Position numbers and translations under genes: made by a program
Source: Felis catus
Taxonomy: Eukaryota
Assembly: GCF_018350175.1 (NCBI RefSeq)
Contig: NC_058368.1
Location: 153,514,001-153,578,000 of the forward strand
Length of the DNA stretch: 64,000 bases
Direction: 5' to 3'
Notes under the pieces: model-generated
Databases searched by the model: none
The model's input: only the letters and a program-made list of their open reading frames with translations
Told to the model about the DNA's origin: nothing
Part shown: positions 1-12,500 of the stretch, piece by piece
Position numbering within the stretch: position 1 is the first letter of the stretch
Layout: the number at the start of each line of letters is the position of its first letter

Positions 1-530
1 CAACACCCAGTGCTCATTCCAACAAATGCCCTCCTCAATGCCCATCACCCACTTTCCCCTCTCCCCCACCCCCCACCCACCCTCAGTTTGTTTTCTGTAT
101 TTAAAAGTGTTTTGTGGTTTGCCTCCCTCCCTCTCTGTTTGTAACTATTTTTTTACCCTTCCCTTTCCCCCCTGGTCTTCTGTTAAGTTTCTCAAGATCC
201 ACATATGAGTGAAAACATATGATATCTGTCCTTTTCTGATTGACTTACTTCACTCAGCATAATACCTTCCAGTTCCATCCACATTGCTCCAAATGGCATG
301 ATTTCATTCTTTCTCATTGCTAAGTAGTATTCCATTGTATATATAAACCACATCTTCTTTATCCATTCATCAGTTGATGGACATTTAGGCTCTTTCCATA
401 ATTTGGCTAGTTTAAAGGGCTGCTATAAACACTGGGGTACACATGCCCCTATGCATCAGCACTCCTGTATCCCTTGGGTAAATTCCTAGCAGTGCTAATG
501 CTGGGTCATAGGGTAGTTCTATTTTCAATT
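1..530 (-). mobile_element. L1 (felid L1_Fc-like) 3' end fragment, running off the window start
   Basis: Antisense L1 3'UTR/ORF2 end: caacacccagtgctcat..., ccacatcttctttatccattcatcagttgatggacattt..., gggtagttctatttt. Confidence 0.9.
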
Positions 531-842
531 GACAAAAACTTTTTAACAGCATGGCAATGCTAACAAAAAGGCATATTGGATAGGCACTACAAGAACCTGC
601 ATAAGATAGTTAATGAGTACTTTTTATAAAACTACCCTGTTGCGTGAGCACAAGTTATAGCAGTGAATAAAACAAAGTCCCTGATCTCCTGGAACTTAGC
701 TTTAAAGCATAATAATGGCTAACCTGTATTTAGGCTTACTGTTAGTACTCTTGTTACTTATTTACATATTTCGTTTCATCCTTGTAACAATCTCATGAGG
801 TTGTAATTTTTTTCACCCATCTACTGATTTAATAGAAGGTTT

Positions 843-1203
843 CTTTTTTTTAATTGTATTTTTTAAATTTACATCCAAATTGGTTAGCACATAGTGCAAC
901 ACTGATTTCAGGAGTAGATTCCTTCATGCCCCTTACCCATTTAGCCCACCCCCCCACACCCCCTCCAGTAACCCTCAGTTCTCCATATTTAAGAGTATCT
1001 CATGTTTTGTCCCCCTCCCTGTTTTTATATTATTTTTTGCTTCCCTTCTCTTATGTTCATCTGTTCTGTGACTTAAAGTCCTCATATGAGTAAGCTCATA
1101 TATTTTCCTTTCTCTAATTTCTCTTAGCATAATACTCTCTAGTTCCATCCATGTAATTGCAAATGGCAAGATTTAATTCTTTTTGATTGCCGAGTAATAC
1201 TGC

Positions 1204-1291
<88 letters not shown>

Positions 1292-2281
1292 ACATCTTCT
1301 TTATCCATTCATTCATGGATGGACATTTTGGCTCTTTCCATACTTTGACTATTGTTGATAGTGCTGATATTAACATGTGCCCCTTCAAAACAGCATACCT
1401 GTATCTCTTGGATACATAGCTAGTAGTGCAGTTGCTGGGTCACAGGGTAGTTCTATTTTTAGTTTTTTGAGGAACCTCCATACAGTTTTCCAGAGTGGCT
1501 GCACCAGCTTGCACTCCCACAAACAATGCAAAAGAGATCCTCTTTCTCCACATCCTCACCAACATCTGTTGTTGCCTGAGTTGTTAATGTTAGCCATTCT
1601 GACAGGTGTGAGGTGGTATTTCATTGTGGTTTTGATTTGTATTTCCCTGATGATGAGCGATGAGCATTTTTTCATGTGTTGGTTGGCCATCTGGATGTCT
1701 TCTTTGGAGAAGTGTGTATTCATGTCTTTTGCCCATTTCTTCACTGGATTATTTGTTTTTTGGGTGTTGAGTTTGAGAAATTCTTGATAGATTTTGGATT
1801 CTAACCCTTTATCTGATATGTCGTTTGCAAGTATCTTGTCCCATTTTGTCGGTTGCCTTTTAGTTTTGCTGATTGTTTCCTTCACTGTGCAGAAGCTTTT
1901 TATTTTGATGAGGTCCCAGTAGTTCACTTTTGCCTTTGTTTCCCTTGTGTCCAGAGATGTGTTGAGTAAGAAGTTGCTGCAGCCAAGATCAAAGAGGTTT
2001 TTGCCTGCTTTCTCCTCGAGGATTTTGATGGCTTCCTGTCTTACATTGAGGTCTTTAATCCATTTTGAGTTTATTTTTGTGGATGGTGTAAAAAGTTGTC
2101 CAAGTTCATTCTTCTACAAGTCGCTGTCCAGTATTCCCAGCACCACTTGCTGAAGAGACTGTCTTCATTCCTTTGAATATTCCTTCCTGCTTGATCAAAG
2201 ATTAGTTGGCCATACATTTGTGGGTCCATTTCTGGGTTCTCTATTCTGTTCCATTGATCTGAGTGTCTGTTTTTGTGCCAA
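843..2281 (-). mobile_element. 5'-truncated carnivore L1 (3'UTR plus ORF2 C-terminus)
   Basis: ORF 1556..1927(-) [13 protein letters not shown]...[28 protein letters not shown] is L1 ORF2p C-terminal sequence. Poly(T) tail at ~843-870. Confidence 0.95.
1206..1289. repeat. Compound microsatellite (GT)n(AT)n within L1
   Basis: Direct reading. Confidence 0.95.
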
Positions 2282-2389
2282 GAGGTTGTTGTAATTTAAG
2301 TGGGGATATTAAGATAAACTTGGAGGAGATAAGCATCTTTTTTTAATGGATTTTTTTATTCACCTGAATCAATAGTAAGCTTAGAAATG

Positions 2390-2471
2390 TTTGGTTGGAC
2401 CATATGAAATTATCATTTTTATAGGTCACAAATGATCAAATATTGGCAATTTCATGCAATTTAACCTAATA
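2390..2471. mobile_element. MADE2-like mariner-derived MITE (~80 bp palindrome)
   Basis: ttggttggaccatatgaaatt...ggcaatttcatgcaatttaacctaata has inverted termini resembling the MADE2 consensus TTAGGTTGAACCATATGAAATTGCC. Confidence 0.8.
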
Positions 2472-2623
2472 GTCAAAATTTCTGGAAATTATTATCAGAA
2501 CAAAAATAGGCACTATCATCATCCATTTATCATGTTAATAGCATTTACTGAGTTCTTCAGTGTGTCCACCATTGTACTAACATTTCACATGTATTTTTCC
2601 ATTTAATTCTAGACTAGTTTCTT

Positions 2624-2839
2624 TTTTTTATGTTTTTATTTATTTTTGAAGGAGAGAGAGAGAGAGAGAGAGCACGAGTGGGGGGAGGAACAGAGAGAGA
2701 GGGAGACACAGAATTGGAGGCAGGCTCCAGGCTCTAAGTTGTCAGCACAGAGCCCTATGCGAAGCTCAAACCCATGAACCGCGAGATCATGACCTGAACC
2801 GAAGTCGGACGCTCAACCGACTGAGCCACCCAGGTGTCC
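2624..2839 (-). mobile_element. SINEC_Fc (Can-SINE)
   Basis: tRNA-like head, (CT)n region and A-tail. TSD ctagactagtttctt at 2609-2623 and 2840-2854. Confidence 0.95.
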
Positions 2840-2844
2840 CTAGA

Positions 2845-3200
2845 CTAGTTTCTTATGGCTCATGCAAACAAATTACCACAAACTTAGTTGTTAATAAGTT
2901 TTTTTTTTTTTTTTTTTTTTTATCTTATAATTGGAAGTCAGAAGTCCAAACAGGTTTCAGGCCTCTTTCTCCATCTTTAAAGCCAGTGATTCCATTGCTC
3001 TGAATTGTGATTCTGTGGTCACAGCTCTTTCTTTGATTCTAAAGGACCCCTTGTGATTACTTTGGATCCACCTGGATAATATGAGATCATCTCCCTACTT
3101 GCCAAGGTCCTTAACTTAATTGTTTCTAAAAAGTCCATATAAGGTAATATAGTCTTGTGTATCAGGGATAAGGATGTTGACATCTTTGGTGGCCACATCT
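2845..3200 (-). mobile_element. MLT1-type MaLR LTR fragment, interrupting a MIR (~2535-2610 and ~3210-3300)
   Basis: acaaattaccacaaacttag...aaggaccccttgtgattac...ccttaacttaat...gggataaggatgttgacatctttgg. Confidence 0.7.
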
Positions 3201-3682
3201 TCTAATATAATTCCATGTAGTAGGAACTATCATTATCCCTGTTTTATAGATGAGAGAGGCTATAAACCTATCCACAGTCTCATTAGGCAATGATAGGGCA
3301 AAAATGAGAACAGACGTGTCTTACTTAAGTGATTCTACTCTACCAGTGAAACCAAGACAACAAACAAAACCGTTCTAGATGTTCACTTACAGTTCCAATA
3401 AAATAATTCAGCCTGGCAAGTCTGAAGCAACTTACTCTGATGGAGCAAAAAGAAGGCCTTTCTCGCCACAGTTATTTTTTATGGCTTGAAAGTTTTTTTC
3501 TTCCATGCTTAAGAGTGTGAAGCCCTGGGGTTTCAAGATATCTGGGCTTTTGAAGAAAGTTAAAGTTGCCACTTTCACAAAAATTTGAATGCTCTTCTGC
3601 CCTGCTGAGAGCACAAGTCAGGTTCATTAATTTCAGAAACCATATCTACCCTCTCTCTGCCTCCCATCCAAATGGAGTATTT

Positions 3683-3900
3683 AAAATTTTTTTTTTTTCA
3701 ACGTTCATTTATTTTTGGGACAGAGAGAGACAGAGCATGAACGGGGGAGGGGCAGAGAGAGAGGGAGACACAGAATCGGAAACAGGCTCCAGGCTCTGAG
3801 CCATCAGCCCAGAGCCTGACGCGGGGCTCGAACTCACGGACCGTGAGATCGTGACCTGGGTGAAGTCGGACGCTTAACCGACTGCGCCACCCAGGCGCCC
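3683..3900 (-). mobile_element. Young SINEC_Fc1-type Can-SINE
   Basis: CpG-rich and near consensus. Perfect TSD ccaaatggagtattt at 3668-3682 and 3901-3915. Confidence 0.97.
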
Positions 3901-6209
3901 CCAAATGGAGTATTTTATATCAGATACCTCTATCTAGTCATATGTGTCTTTGTCACACACATTATATCTTACACACTACATAGACTTCAATATGTAGTAA
4001 TAATTTTTAATTTAAATTGAAACAGAACCTCTGTTTATCAGGCTTAATCTGAAAGCCCTGCCTTAAAATGATCACCATCACACTCCTGCCAAAAGCATGG
4101 GTGAAATGGTTGATATTGAAAAAATATAGGACTACTTAAATTATTATTTTCTCTGGCTCTTTAATCACTATTATTATTTAAAAAGAAGACTGTATCAAAT
4201 GCACACAATAATAAAGCCCTTAGCTGTTACCATTTAAAGCAATGGTATTATAAAGAACAGTCCTGCATATTTTGCAGAACTGTTTCTTGAGTACATACTT
4301 TTACTGCTGTCCACACCCTTCACCACTGTTCCTCACTCTGCCCAACACAGCCACCGCCTCCTGCTCTGACAGACTGAGTACATTTTTCATGTAATTGAAT
4401 GTTCTTAACAAATATTTACAGGAAAATTCCTCAAGGTCAGTAACAGATAAGTGATTCATCATCTTTCCTTTTATTTCTGTGACTGCCAGGAAACTCAGGG
4501 CCTAAATTGGCACTAACTTGTAGAACAGCTTCTATTCTCTTTTTGTGTGAATTCATGTTTGTTGTATTACTAGCCAAACATATGTGTGTTTCAAATTATT
4601 TAACAAACATGGGCTTGGTATGTGTTTTAAGGAAATGATATTAAAGTAATTTATAAGCTACTACATAAAGCTTCTGGTGAGTGCTTTCAGTCTAATGATT
4701 TCTAAAAGGGACGGATTTGGGAAGAGAAGGTCACCATCCCTCCCAGCCATCCATGGGCAGAAACTCAAAGTGGCAGGTTGGCTTTAATTCTTCAGGAATT
4801 TGATGATAGGGCATTATCCAGAATTCTCATTGCTATTTCTGTGATTTGGTCTGCCTGAAGCTTAGATAGTGAGCTGTTAAAGTTCTAAATTTCAGAGAGG
4901 TAGAACATATAAAAAGGAGTCTGAGTTGCCAAATGGCCTGACATACTAACAGCATCTTATAGGATTGTGGGTAGGCACATATATACTGATTCTAAAACGT
5001 GCCATTCTCGTGTGTCAAGACATACACAAGAGAATGGTTTTAACTCCAGAATACATGTCAGTGGAGGTCTTGTCATCAGTGCTGTGGCGTAATGCCTGCA
5101 GGTGGTAAATGCTTCATAACTCCTGTTGAATTACTAAGGACACATTTTAAATAGTGCACACCTTTGAAAGTAGTTGTGTTTCATAAGTAGTAAAAACAAG
5201 ATTCAGAGTTTGGTTGTTTGTGGAATTGGTGATGTAATAATGCTTTGGGACATTTATTTGGAAAATTCCTACTGCTTCTGGTGCAGGATTGGTAACTAAA
5301 GGGGGACAAAGAAGTGTTATTCTTTATGGATTCTTGGTAAGAAGAAACCAAGTTGGGGGAAAAAAAAAAACAAAAAAGAAGAGACCAAGATGATGAGGAC
5401 CAAGTGATGGAATGAAGCCTGTTTCTCTGACTGGTTTATGGAAGTGGTTTTGAGTCCCAAGGAGAGAAGTAGATGAGGAACCATGTTATGGGGACGTGGT
5501 GATACTTTGGGGAAAAGTTAGGCTCATTTACAGCCTGGGAAACAAAGTATCATACACTTTTGAGCTCTAGAATGCAAGTTAGTATGCTGAGGGTCTGGGC
5601 TGCCGGGAGTGTGACAGCCGTCTTCCACAGAGCAGCCTTCTCGTGGAGGGCATGGGTGGCAAAGATGGTGGCTCAGAAATCCGTTGACTTGTTCCTGAAG
5701 CTAGGAGACACTTTTGTTGACTCTCAGTCATTACTGGGAGAGATACTGAGTGATGTCTTTATGTCCAAGGGCACATTTATTCCCTATTCTTGATTTTTTT
5801 CTTCTTCCCTCTTAATCTGTTAGAGGAGTTCTAAGGGAAAAACTGAGTAATGAAACCTCTCTCTCCCCACATTCTCAATGGAAAGAGCCTGTGAAAGCAG
5901 CACAGATCTTGATTTTCTCTCTTCCAGGCAGTGAGAAGGATCTGTCTTACCTGGGGGAGCCTGTGGTTTGCCTCTGCTACCTGCGACTTGGTGGGGGCAC
6001 CGAGTGGTCTATGTCTAATTGAGGGTTTAACATTAGAAAGCCCCAAAAACATATAGTTAAGAGCTGTGTTCTGTAATAATTTTTCTAGTAGTAAAGATGA
6101 TATTTTGGACTCCTGCCTTACTCTTGGCTTATTTCTGAAATGTTTTAGGACACAGATTCATTGTGAGATACATAATTTGCACACAAAAAGCAACAGCCTT
6201 CATATATGC

Positions 6210-6446
6210 CAGTGTTTCTTAACTGACCCCCCCACCCCCCCCAGCCCTATGTGACATATGATCATGTCTGGAAGTATTTTGGGTTTTCATGACTGGGGAT
6301 GGTAGTGATACCAGCATCTAATGGGTAGATGCCAGAGATCTGCTGAATATCTTAAAATGCATGAGATAGCCTCTCCCCCACCCCCCCAAAAAAGAATTAC
6401 TTGTCTCATAATGTCATTAGTGCAGTGCCAAGGTTGAAAGATCCTA
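6210..6446. mobile_element. MER20-like hAT-Charlie DNA transposon
   Basis: cagtgtttcttaact...gcatctaatgggtagatgccagagatctgctgaatatcttaaaatgca...aaagaattac...gtgccaaggttgaaagatcct. Confidence 0.8.
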
Positions 6447-6494
6447 ATATACACAAATAATAACATGTTAGAAGATATAATAGCCAGAAAAAAA

Positions 6495-6695
6495 TTTTTT
6501 AATGTTTATTTATATTTGAGAGAGACAGTGTGAGTGGGGGAGGGACAGAGAGAGAGGGAGACACACAATCCATAGCGGGCTCTAGGCTCTGAGCTGTCAG
6601 CACAGAGCCTGATGCAGGGCTCTAACTCATGGACGCTGAGATAATGACCTGAGCTGAAGTCAGGCACTTAACCGACTTAGCCACCCAGGTACCCC
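6495..6695 (-). mobile_element. SINEC_Fc
   Basis: Can-SINE consensus body. Confidence 0.93.
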
Positions 6696-7187
6696 TCTGC
6701 TCTAAGATTTATAAGGTGTAAGAACAGTCTTCTTATTACTGAGACTGTGAGCAATTTAGTTTTTTCATGTGACTAGCTATCTTCTAGGACAACTGGGATA
6801 AATGGGACTGTATTCATGACCCAGGGATTCCATGTAGCAAGTGCCCAGGAGAAACTTTCTCTTATTGTTCGATGATTAATGGTCTCCATTGACTTTTGCT
6901 GGCTGTAACCCTTTGGAAAGCCAACAAAACTGAGGTTTCTGTCTTGGGCCTTGAAGAGAAGCTGTTCTCTTTCTTTATGATTACCGCCCCCCCCCCCCCC
7001 GCCTTTGGCTCCCATCTGCCTCTAGGAGAAAGAAGCCATGGTCTCCTTGGAGATCTAGTAGACCTTGGGACTTCAGAGACTTCTTATAGTATCTGCCAGC
7101 ATGCTTGCTGTGGTTGTTGAACTACCCTAGTAGGATCATAGAAGGCAGGTGTATCAGGGGTATGTGCTAAGATTCCCTGTGCTCAGA

Positions 7188-7405
7188 TTTTATTTTATTT
7201 TTAAAAAATGTTTTTATTTACTTTTGAGAGATAGAGTGCGAGTAGGGGAGAGGCAGAGAAACAGAAGGAGACGTAGAATCTGAAGTAGGCTCCAGGCTCT
7301 GAGCTGTCAGCATAGAGCCTGATGCAGGGCTCAGACCGATGAACCATGAGATCATGGCCTGAGTCGAAGTCGGATGCTTAACCAACTGAGCCACCCAGAG
7401 GCCCC
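7188..7405 (-). mobile_element. SINEC_Fc
   Basis: Can-SINE consensus body. Confidence 0.93.
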
Positions 7406-7467
7406 CTGTCCTTTGAATCAGCATTACCATCCTGCTAGGTTCTTCAATAAATAAATCTTAGAAAATC

Positions 7468-7640
7468 CCCTGTTCACGCTTTGTCTCTTTCTCTCTCAAA
7501 ATAAATAAACTTCTTATTTTTATTATTTTTTAAAATTTAAACCCAAATTAGTTAACATATAGTGTCATGATGATTTCAGGAATAGAATTTAGTGATTCAT
7601 CACTTACACATAACACCCAGTGCTCATCCCAACAAGTGTC
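7468..7640. mobile_element. SINE 3' fragment (+, ~7468-7512) tail-to-tail with a short L1 3' end (-, ~7515-7640)
   Basis: cccctgttcacgctttgtctc...caaaataaataaac followed by aaattagttaacatatagtg...aacacccagtgctcatcccaacaagtg. Confidence 0.7.
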
Positions 7641-7986
7641 CAGATTTGTGTGACTTATAAGCAGAAGTTTTCAAACTTGTACTTTTGAAATTGTTTCCCC
7701 CATTGAAATGCATTTCAATTTGGGGTTGTCTAACTCGTAGGATTGTATAGTCAGCATAGCATAATGATTAAGAACCAGAAGTTTTGGAAAAAGATACATT
7801 TAAGATCCCAGGTATTTTACTTTGTTAACAGGGTCTCCATTTCCTCATCTACAGAATAAGCATAATTATTCTTAAATTATGGAATCATTTTTTAAAATAA
7901 GAATTATTTTTTTGATTTTTTTTTAAATTTAAATTCAAATTAGTTAACATATAATGTAGTATTGGTTTCAGGAGTAGAATTTGGTT

Positions 7987-8189
7987 GGGGTGCCTGGGTG
8001 GCTTAGTTGGTTAAGTGTCTGACTTAGGCTCAGGTCATGATCTCATGATTTGTGTGTATGAGCCACGTGTTGGGCTTTGTCCTGACAGCTCAGAGCCTGG
8101 AGCCTGCTTTGGTTTCTGTTTTTCCCTGTCTGCCCCCGCCCCACCCTGCACATGCTCTATCTCTCAGAAGTAAATAAACATTAAAAAAA
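7987..8189 (+). mobile_element. SINEC_Fc in L1 3'UTR
   Basis: ggggtgcctgggtggcttagttgg...aaataaacattaaaaaaa. Confidence 0.93.
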
Positions 8190-8998
8190 TTAGTAATTTA
8201 TTACTTACATATAACACCCAATGCTAATTCCAACAAGTGCCCTCTTTAATTTAACCCATCCCCCCACCCACTGAGCAACTCTCAGTTTGTTCTCTATAGT
8301 TAAGAGTCTCTTATGGTTTGCCTCCCTCTCTTATTTTATCTTACTTTAGTTTTATTTCTCTTCCCCCTATGTTCATCTGTTTTGTTTCTTAAATTCCACA
8401 TATGAGTATTTGTCTTAGATTTATTTCACTTGGCATAATACACTATAGTTCCATCCACATTGTTGCAAATGGCAAGATTTCTCTCTTTTTGATCACTGAG
8501 TAATATTCCATTGTGTGTGTGTGTGTGTGTGGGTGTGTGTGCTACATCTTTTATCTAGTCATCCACTGAGGGACATTTGGGCTCTTTCCATAATTTAGCT
8601 ATTGTTGACAGTGCTGCTATAAACATTGGGGAGCGTGTGCCCCTTCAAATTAGCATTTTTGTATCTTTTGGATAACTACCTAGTAGTGCAAAGGCCGGGT
8701 TGTAGGGTAGTTCTATTTTTAACTTTTTGAGGAACCTCCATACCATTCTCCAGAGTGGCTGCACCAGTTTGCATTCTTTCTAACAGTATAAAAGTTTTCC
8801 CCTCTCTCCCCCTTCTCCCCGTCATCTGTTGTTTCTTGAATTGTTAATTTTAGCCATTCTGACAGGCATAAAGTGGTACTCATTGTGGTTTTGATTTGTA
8901 TTTCCCTGATGATGAGTGATGTTGAGCATCTTCTTCATGTGTCTATTAGCCATATGGATGTCTTTGGAAAATTGTCTATTCATGTCTTCTACCCATTT

Positions 8999-9231
8999 CT
9001 TTCTTTTTTAAAAAAATTTTTTAAACATTTACTTATTTTTGAGAGACAGAGAGAGAGAGACAAATCATGAGTGGGGGAGGGGTAGAGAGAGATGAAGACA
9101 AAGAATCCAAAGGAGGCTCTGGGCTCTGAGGTGTCTGCACAGAGCCCAATGTGGGGCTTGAATTCATGGACTGCGAGAGCATGACCTGAGCTGAAGTTGG
9201 ATGCTTAACCAACGGGCCACCCAGGTTCCCC
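8999..9231 (-). mobile_element. SINEC_Fc in L1
   Basis: TSD tcttctacccattt at 8985-8998 and 9232-9245. Confidence 0.94.
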
Positions 9232-10703
9232 TCTTCTACCCATTTATTAACTAGTTTGTTTGTTTTTTGGTGTTGAGTTTGATATGTTCTTTATAGATTT
9301 TGCATACTAACCCTTTATCAGATAAGTCATTTGCAAATATCTTCTTCCATTCCATAGGCTGCCTTTTAGTTTTGTTGATTGTTTCCTTTGCTGTTCAGAA
9401 GCTTTTTATGTTAATGATGTCCCAATAGTTTAATTTTGCTTTTGTTTCTCTTGTCTCCAGAGACATGTCTAGCAAGAAGTTGCTCTGGCTGAGGTCAAAG
9501 AGGTTGCTACCTGTTTTCTCCTCTAGGATTTTGATGGTTTTCTGTCTTACATTTAGGTCTTTCATCTATTTTGAATTATTTTTGTGTATGGTGTAAGAAA
9601 GTGGTCCAGTTTAATTTTTTGCGTGCCACTGTCCAGTTTTCCCAACACCATTTGCTGAAGAAAATTTTCCATTGGTTATTCTTTCCTGCTTTGTTGAAGA
9701 TTAGTCGAAGATTGGCCATACATTTGTGGGTACATTGCTGGGTTCTCTTTTTTTTCCCATTGATCTGTATGTCTGTTTTTGTGCCAGGATCATACAATTT
9801 GGATGATTACAGCTTTGTAATACAGCATGAAGTCTGGAATTATGATGCCTCCAGCTTTGTTTGTTTGTTTTTTGTTTTTTTTCAAGATTGCTTTGGCTAT
9901 TCTGGGTCTTTTCTGGTTCCATACAAATTTGAGAATGGTTTGTTCTAGCTCTGTGAAAAATTCTAGTTTTATTTTGATAGGGATTACACTGAATGTGTAG
10001 ATTTCTTTGAGTAGTATAGATATTTTAACAGTATTTGTTCTTCCATGAGCATGGAATATTTTTCCATTTCTTTTTGTCTTCTTCAATGTCTTTCATAAAT
10101 TTTCTATAGTTTTCAACGTACAGCTCTTTGACCTCTTTGGGAAGGTTTATTCCTTTTGGGTTTTGGTTATAATTAAAGGGAAAAAATAAAATGCTTAATA
10201 AAGTGTCTGACAAAATATAAATACCTAATAAATAAAAGACTTAAAGGAATATTTAACATTAATCCTATCCTGAGTATTCACATCCTTAAACCTAGTTCTG
10301 GCAAGCCTTCCTGCTGTGAATTCCCTTTACTAAACAGTTTTCACCATTGCTGTTCCAACAAACATCTTTCCATGTCATTCCTTTATATACATCAAAAGTC
10401 TGCCAAGCCCTTTGGTCCTTACCTAACGTGGTATAAGGTTTCTCTCACAGCTTTGGAATTTCCACTTAAAATGCAGTAAAAATAAAAAACACATTGCTGT
10501 GGGCTCTGTGAAAATTGTTTACTAGTTTTCTGTTTTTTTTTTTTTAAAGAGAATCAGTCATCATTTTTGAAACAATATTTTTAATGGATTAAATTTAGTT
10601 TAATATAGGTAATGGCAGTGGCAGACAACTCAAAGAATGGAATAATTTTTTCCCCTTCTTTAGTAAAGGTCTCAGGTAAAATTTGAATTTAAAGTAAAGT
10701 CTG

Positions 10704-10910
10704 GTGGCTCCTGGGTGGCTCAGTTAGTTGAATGGCCAACTTCAGCTCAGGTCATGATCTCATGGTTCGTGGGTTCGAGCCCCACGTCAGGCTCTGTGCT
10801 GTTAGCTCAGAGCCTGAAGCCTGTTTCAGATTCTGTCTCTGGCTCTCTCTGCCCCTCCCCTGCTTGTGCTCTATCTCTCTGTCTCTGAAATAAATAAACA
10901 TTAAAAAAAT
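10704..10910 (+). mobile_element. SINEC_Fc
   Basis: TSD tttaaagtaaagtctg at 10688-10703 and 10911-10926. Confidence 0.95.
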
Positions 10911-11232
10911 TTTAAAGTAAAGTCTGAAGCAGCTTTAGGTTCTGCAAGTAACTATTCCTGCAACAAATCAAAGAATAATGTTTATGTTCTTCTAGGAAGA
11001 TCATTGCCAATTGATCTTTTTGGCAAAACCTACACATATGAATAGATGTAGAATAATTGAAATAGAATCAGTATATTTTTGAGAAGTGACCAACAATTTT
11101 ATGTGATACAGTAAGCCATTTAAAAAGACATTCTATCTGAAACACATGGAAATGTTGAACTTTATTTTGAGTATATATAGGTAAAAATTCATGTTGAATT
11201 TTTTTTGTCTTAGAAATTTTAATTTTCATTAA

Positions 11233-11436
11233 ATTTTTTTTAAAAAAATTAATTTATTTTTGAGAGAAACAGAGCATGAGCAGGGAAGGGGCAGAGGGAG
11301 AGGGAGACAGAATCTAAAGACACAGAATCTCCAGCTGTCAGCACAGATCCCGACCTGGGGCTCAAACTCATGGACCCCGAGATCATGACCTGAGCTGAAG
11401 TTGGACACTTAACTGACTGAGCAACCCAGGCACCCC
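11233..11436 (-). mobile_element. SINEC_Fc
   Basis: Can-SINE body with degenerate TSD cttagaaatttta/cttggaaatttta. Confidence 0.92.
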
Positions 11437-11820
11437 TTGGAAATTTTATTTTTAATTGTGTTTTCCATGATGAATTGTGCCTGTGGTAGCCATCAGTGAT
11501 TTAGGTAAAAGGCAGTTATTGCTGGAAGAAAAGACTAGGGCCTTCACTGATTCAGTGAGCACCCACAAAACTCTATTCTGAGGTTGCATTGATGGAAGAC
11601 AGAAATGGTCATGGTCCTCATGGAGTCATAGCCTAACAGGGGCAGACATGAAACACGTAGTTGTAAGAGTAGTTCATTTCAGCTGTAATAAATGTCATGA
11701 AGGAAGAGTAGAGTTAGAAGGTGAAGCTAAGTGATTGGAGCATGGTTGCCTTAATATTCAGATTTTGTACACTAGAATTCATCCCAATTCTTTCTGAGAG
11801 ATGGTATCTGGGAATTTTAT

Positions 11821-12082
11821 TTAAAAATTAAAAAAAATTAATCTTTATTTATTGTTGAGAGAGAGACAGAGTGTGAGAAGGGGAGGAGCAGAGAGAGAGG
11901 CAGACAAAGAATCTGAAGCAGGCTCCAGGCCCTGAGCTGTCAGCACGGAGCTGTGAGGACAGAGCCCGACGGGGGGCTCGAACCCATGAACCATGAGATC
12001 ATGACCTGAGCTGAAGTCGGACACTCAACCGACTGAGCCACCCAGGCGCCCCTAAATTTTTTTTAATGTTTATTTTTAATTT

Positions 12083-12128
<46 letters not shown>

Positions 12129-12274
12129 CGGGGGAGGGGTAGACAGAGAGAGACACAGAATCTGAAGCAGGTTCCAGGCTCTGAGCTGTTAGCACAGAGC
12201 CTGATGCCATGAACTGTGAGATCATGACCTGAGCGGAAGTTGGACACTTAACTGACTGAGCCACTCAGGGGCCC
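11821..12274 (-). mobile_element. Tandem pair of SINEC_Fc (11821-12052 and 12056-12274)
   Basis: Two head-to-tail bodies inside one TSD, tggtatctgggaatttta (11802-11819) and tggtttctgggaatttta (12275-12292). Confidence 0.93.
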
Positions 12275-12344
12275 TGGTTTCTGGGAATTTTAGATGTGAT
12301 AGTTATAATCGGACAAAGGAAGGGGAGAGGCTGTGGAGAGAACT

Positions 12345-12500
12345 TATGCTTATTGAGCCTTTACTGTGTGTCATGCACATTAGAGACATTGTTTAATTTT
12401 GAGAACAGCTCTAAGAGAGAGAAATTATTATTCCCATTTACACACGAAAAAGCTGAGAAACAGAGAAGTGAAGTGATTTCTCCAAGCTCTCTCTGTGACA
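12345..12500 (-). mobile_element. MIR
   Basis: ttattgagcctttactgtgtg...attattcccatttacac...gagaagtgaagtgattt. Confidence 0.65.

Larger units (their letters stand above)
7910..10160 (-). mobile_element. 5'-truncated carnivore L1 inserted in a MIR and containing two SINEs
   Basis: ORFs 9790..10086 and 10025..10213 (-) resemble ORF2p ([20 protein letters not shown]...[18 protein letters not shown]). MIR-like halves flank it at ~7745-7890 and ~10170-10240. Confidence 0.93.

Noticed and set aside
3426..3614. Minus-strand exon ending AGA|gtaagt (MEEKNFQAIKNNCGEKGLLF)
   Set aside because: No convincing acceptor, opposite to the inferred host strand, and only superficial protein resemblance.
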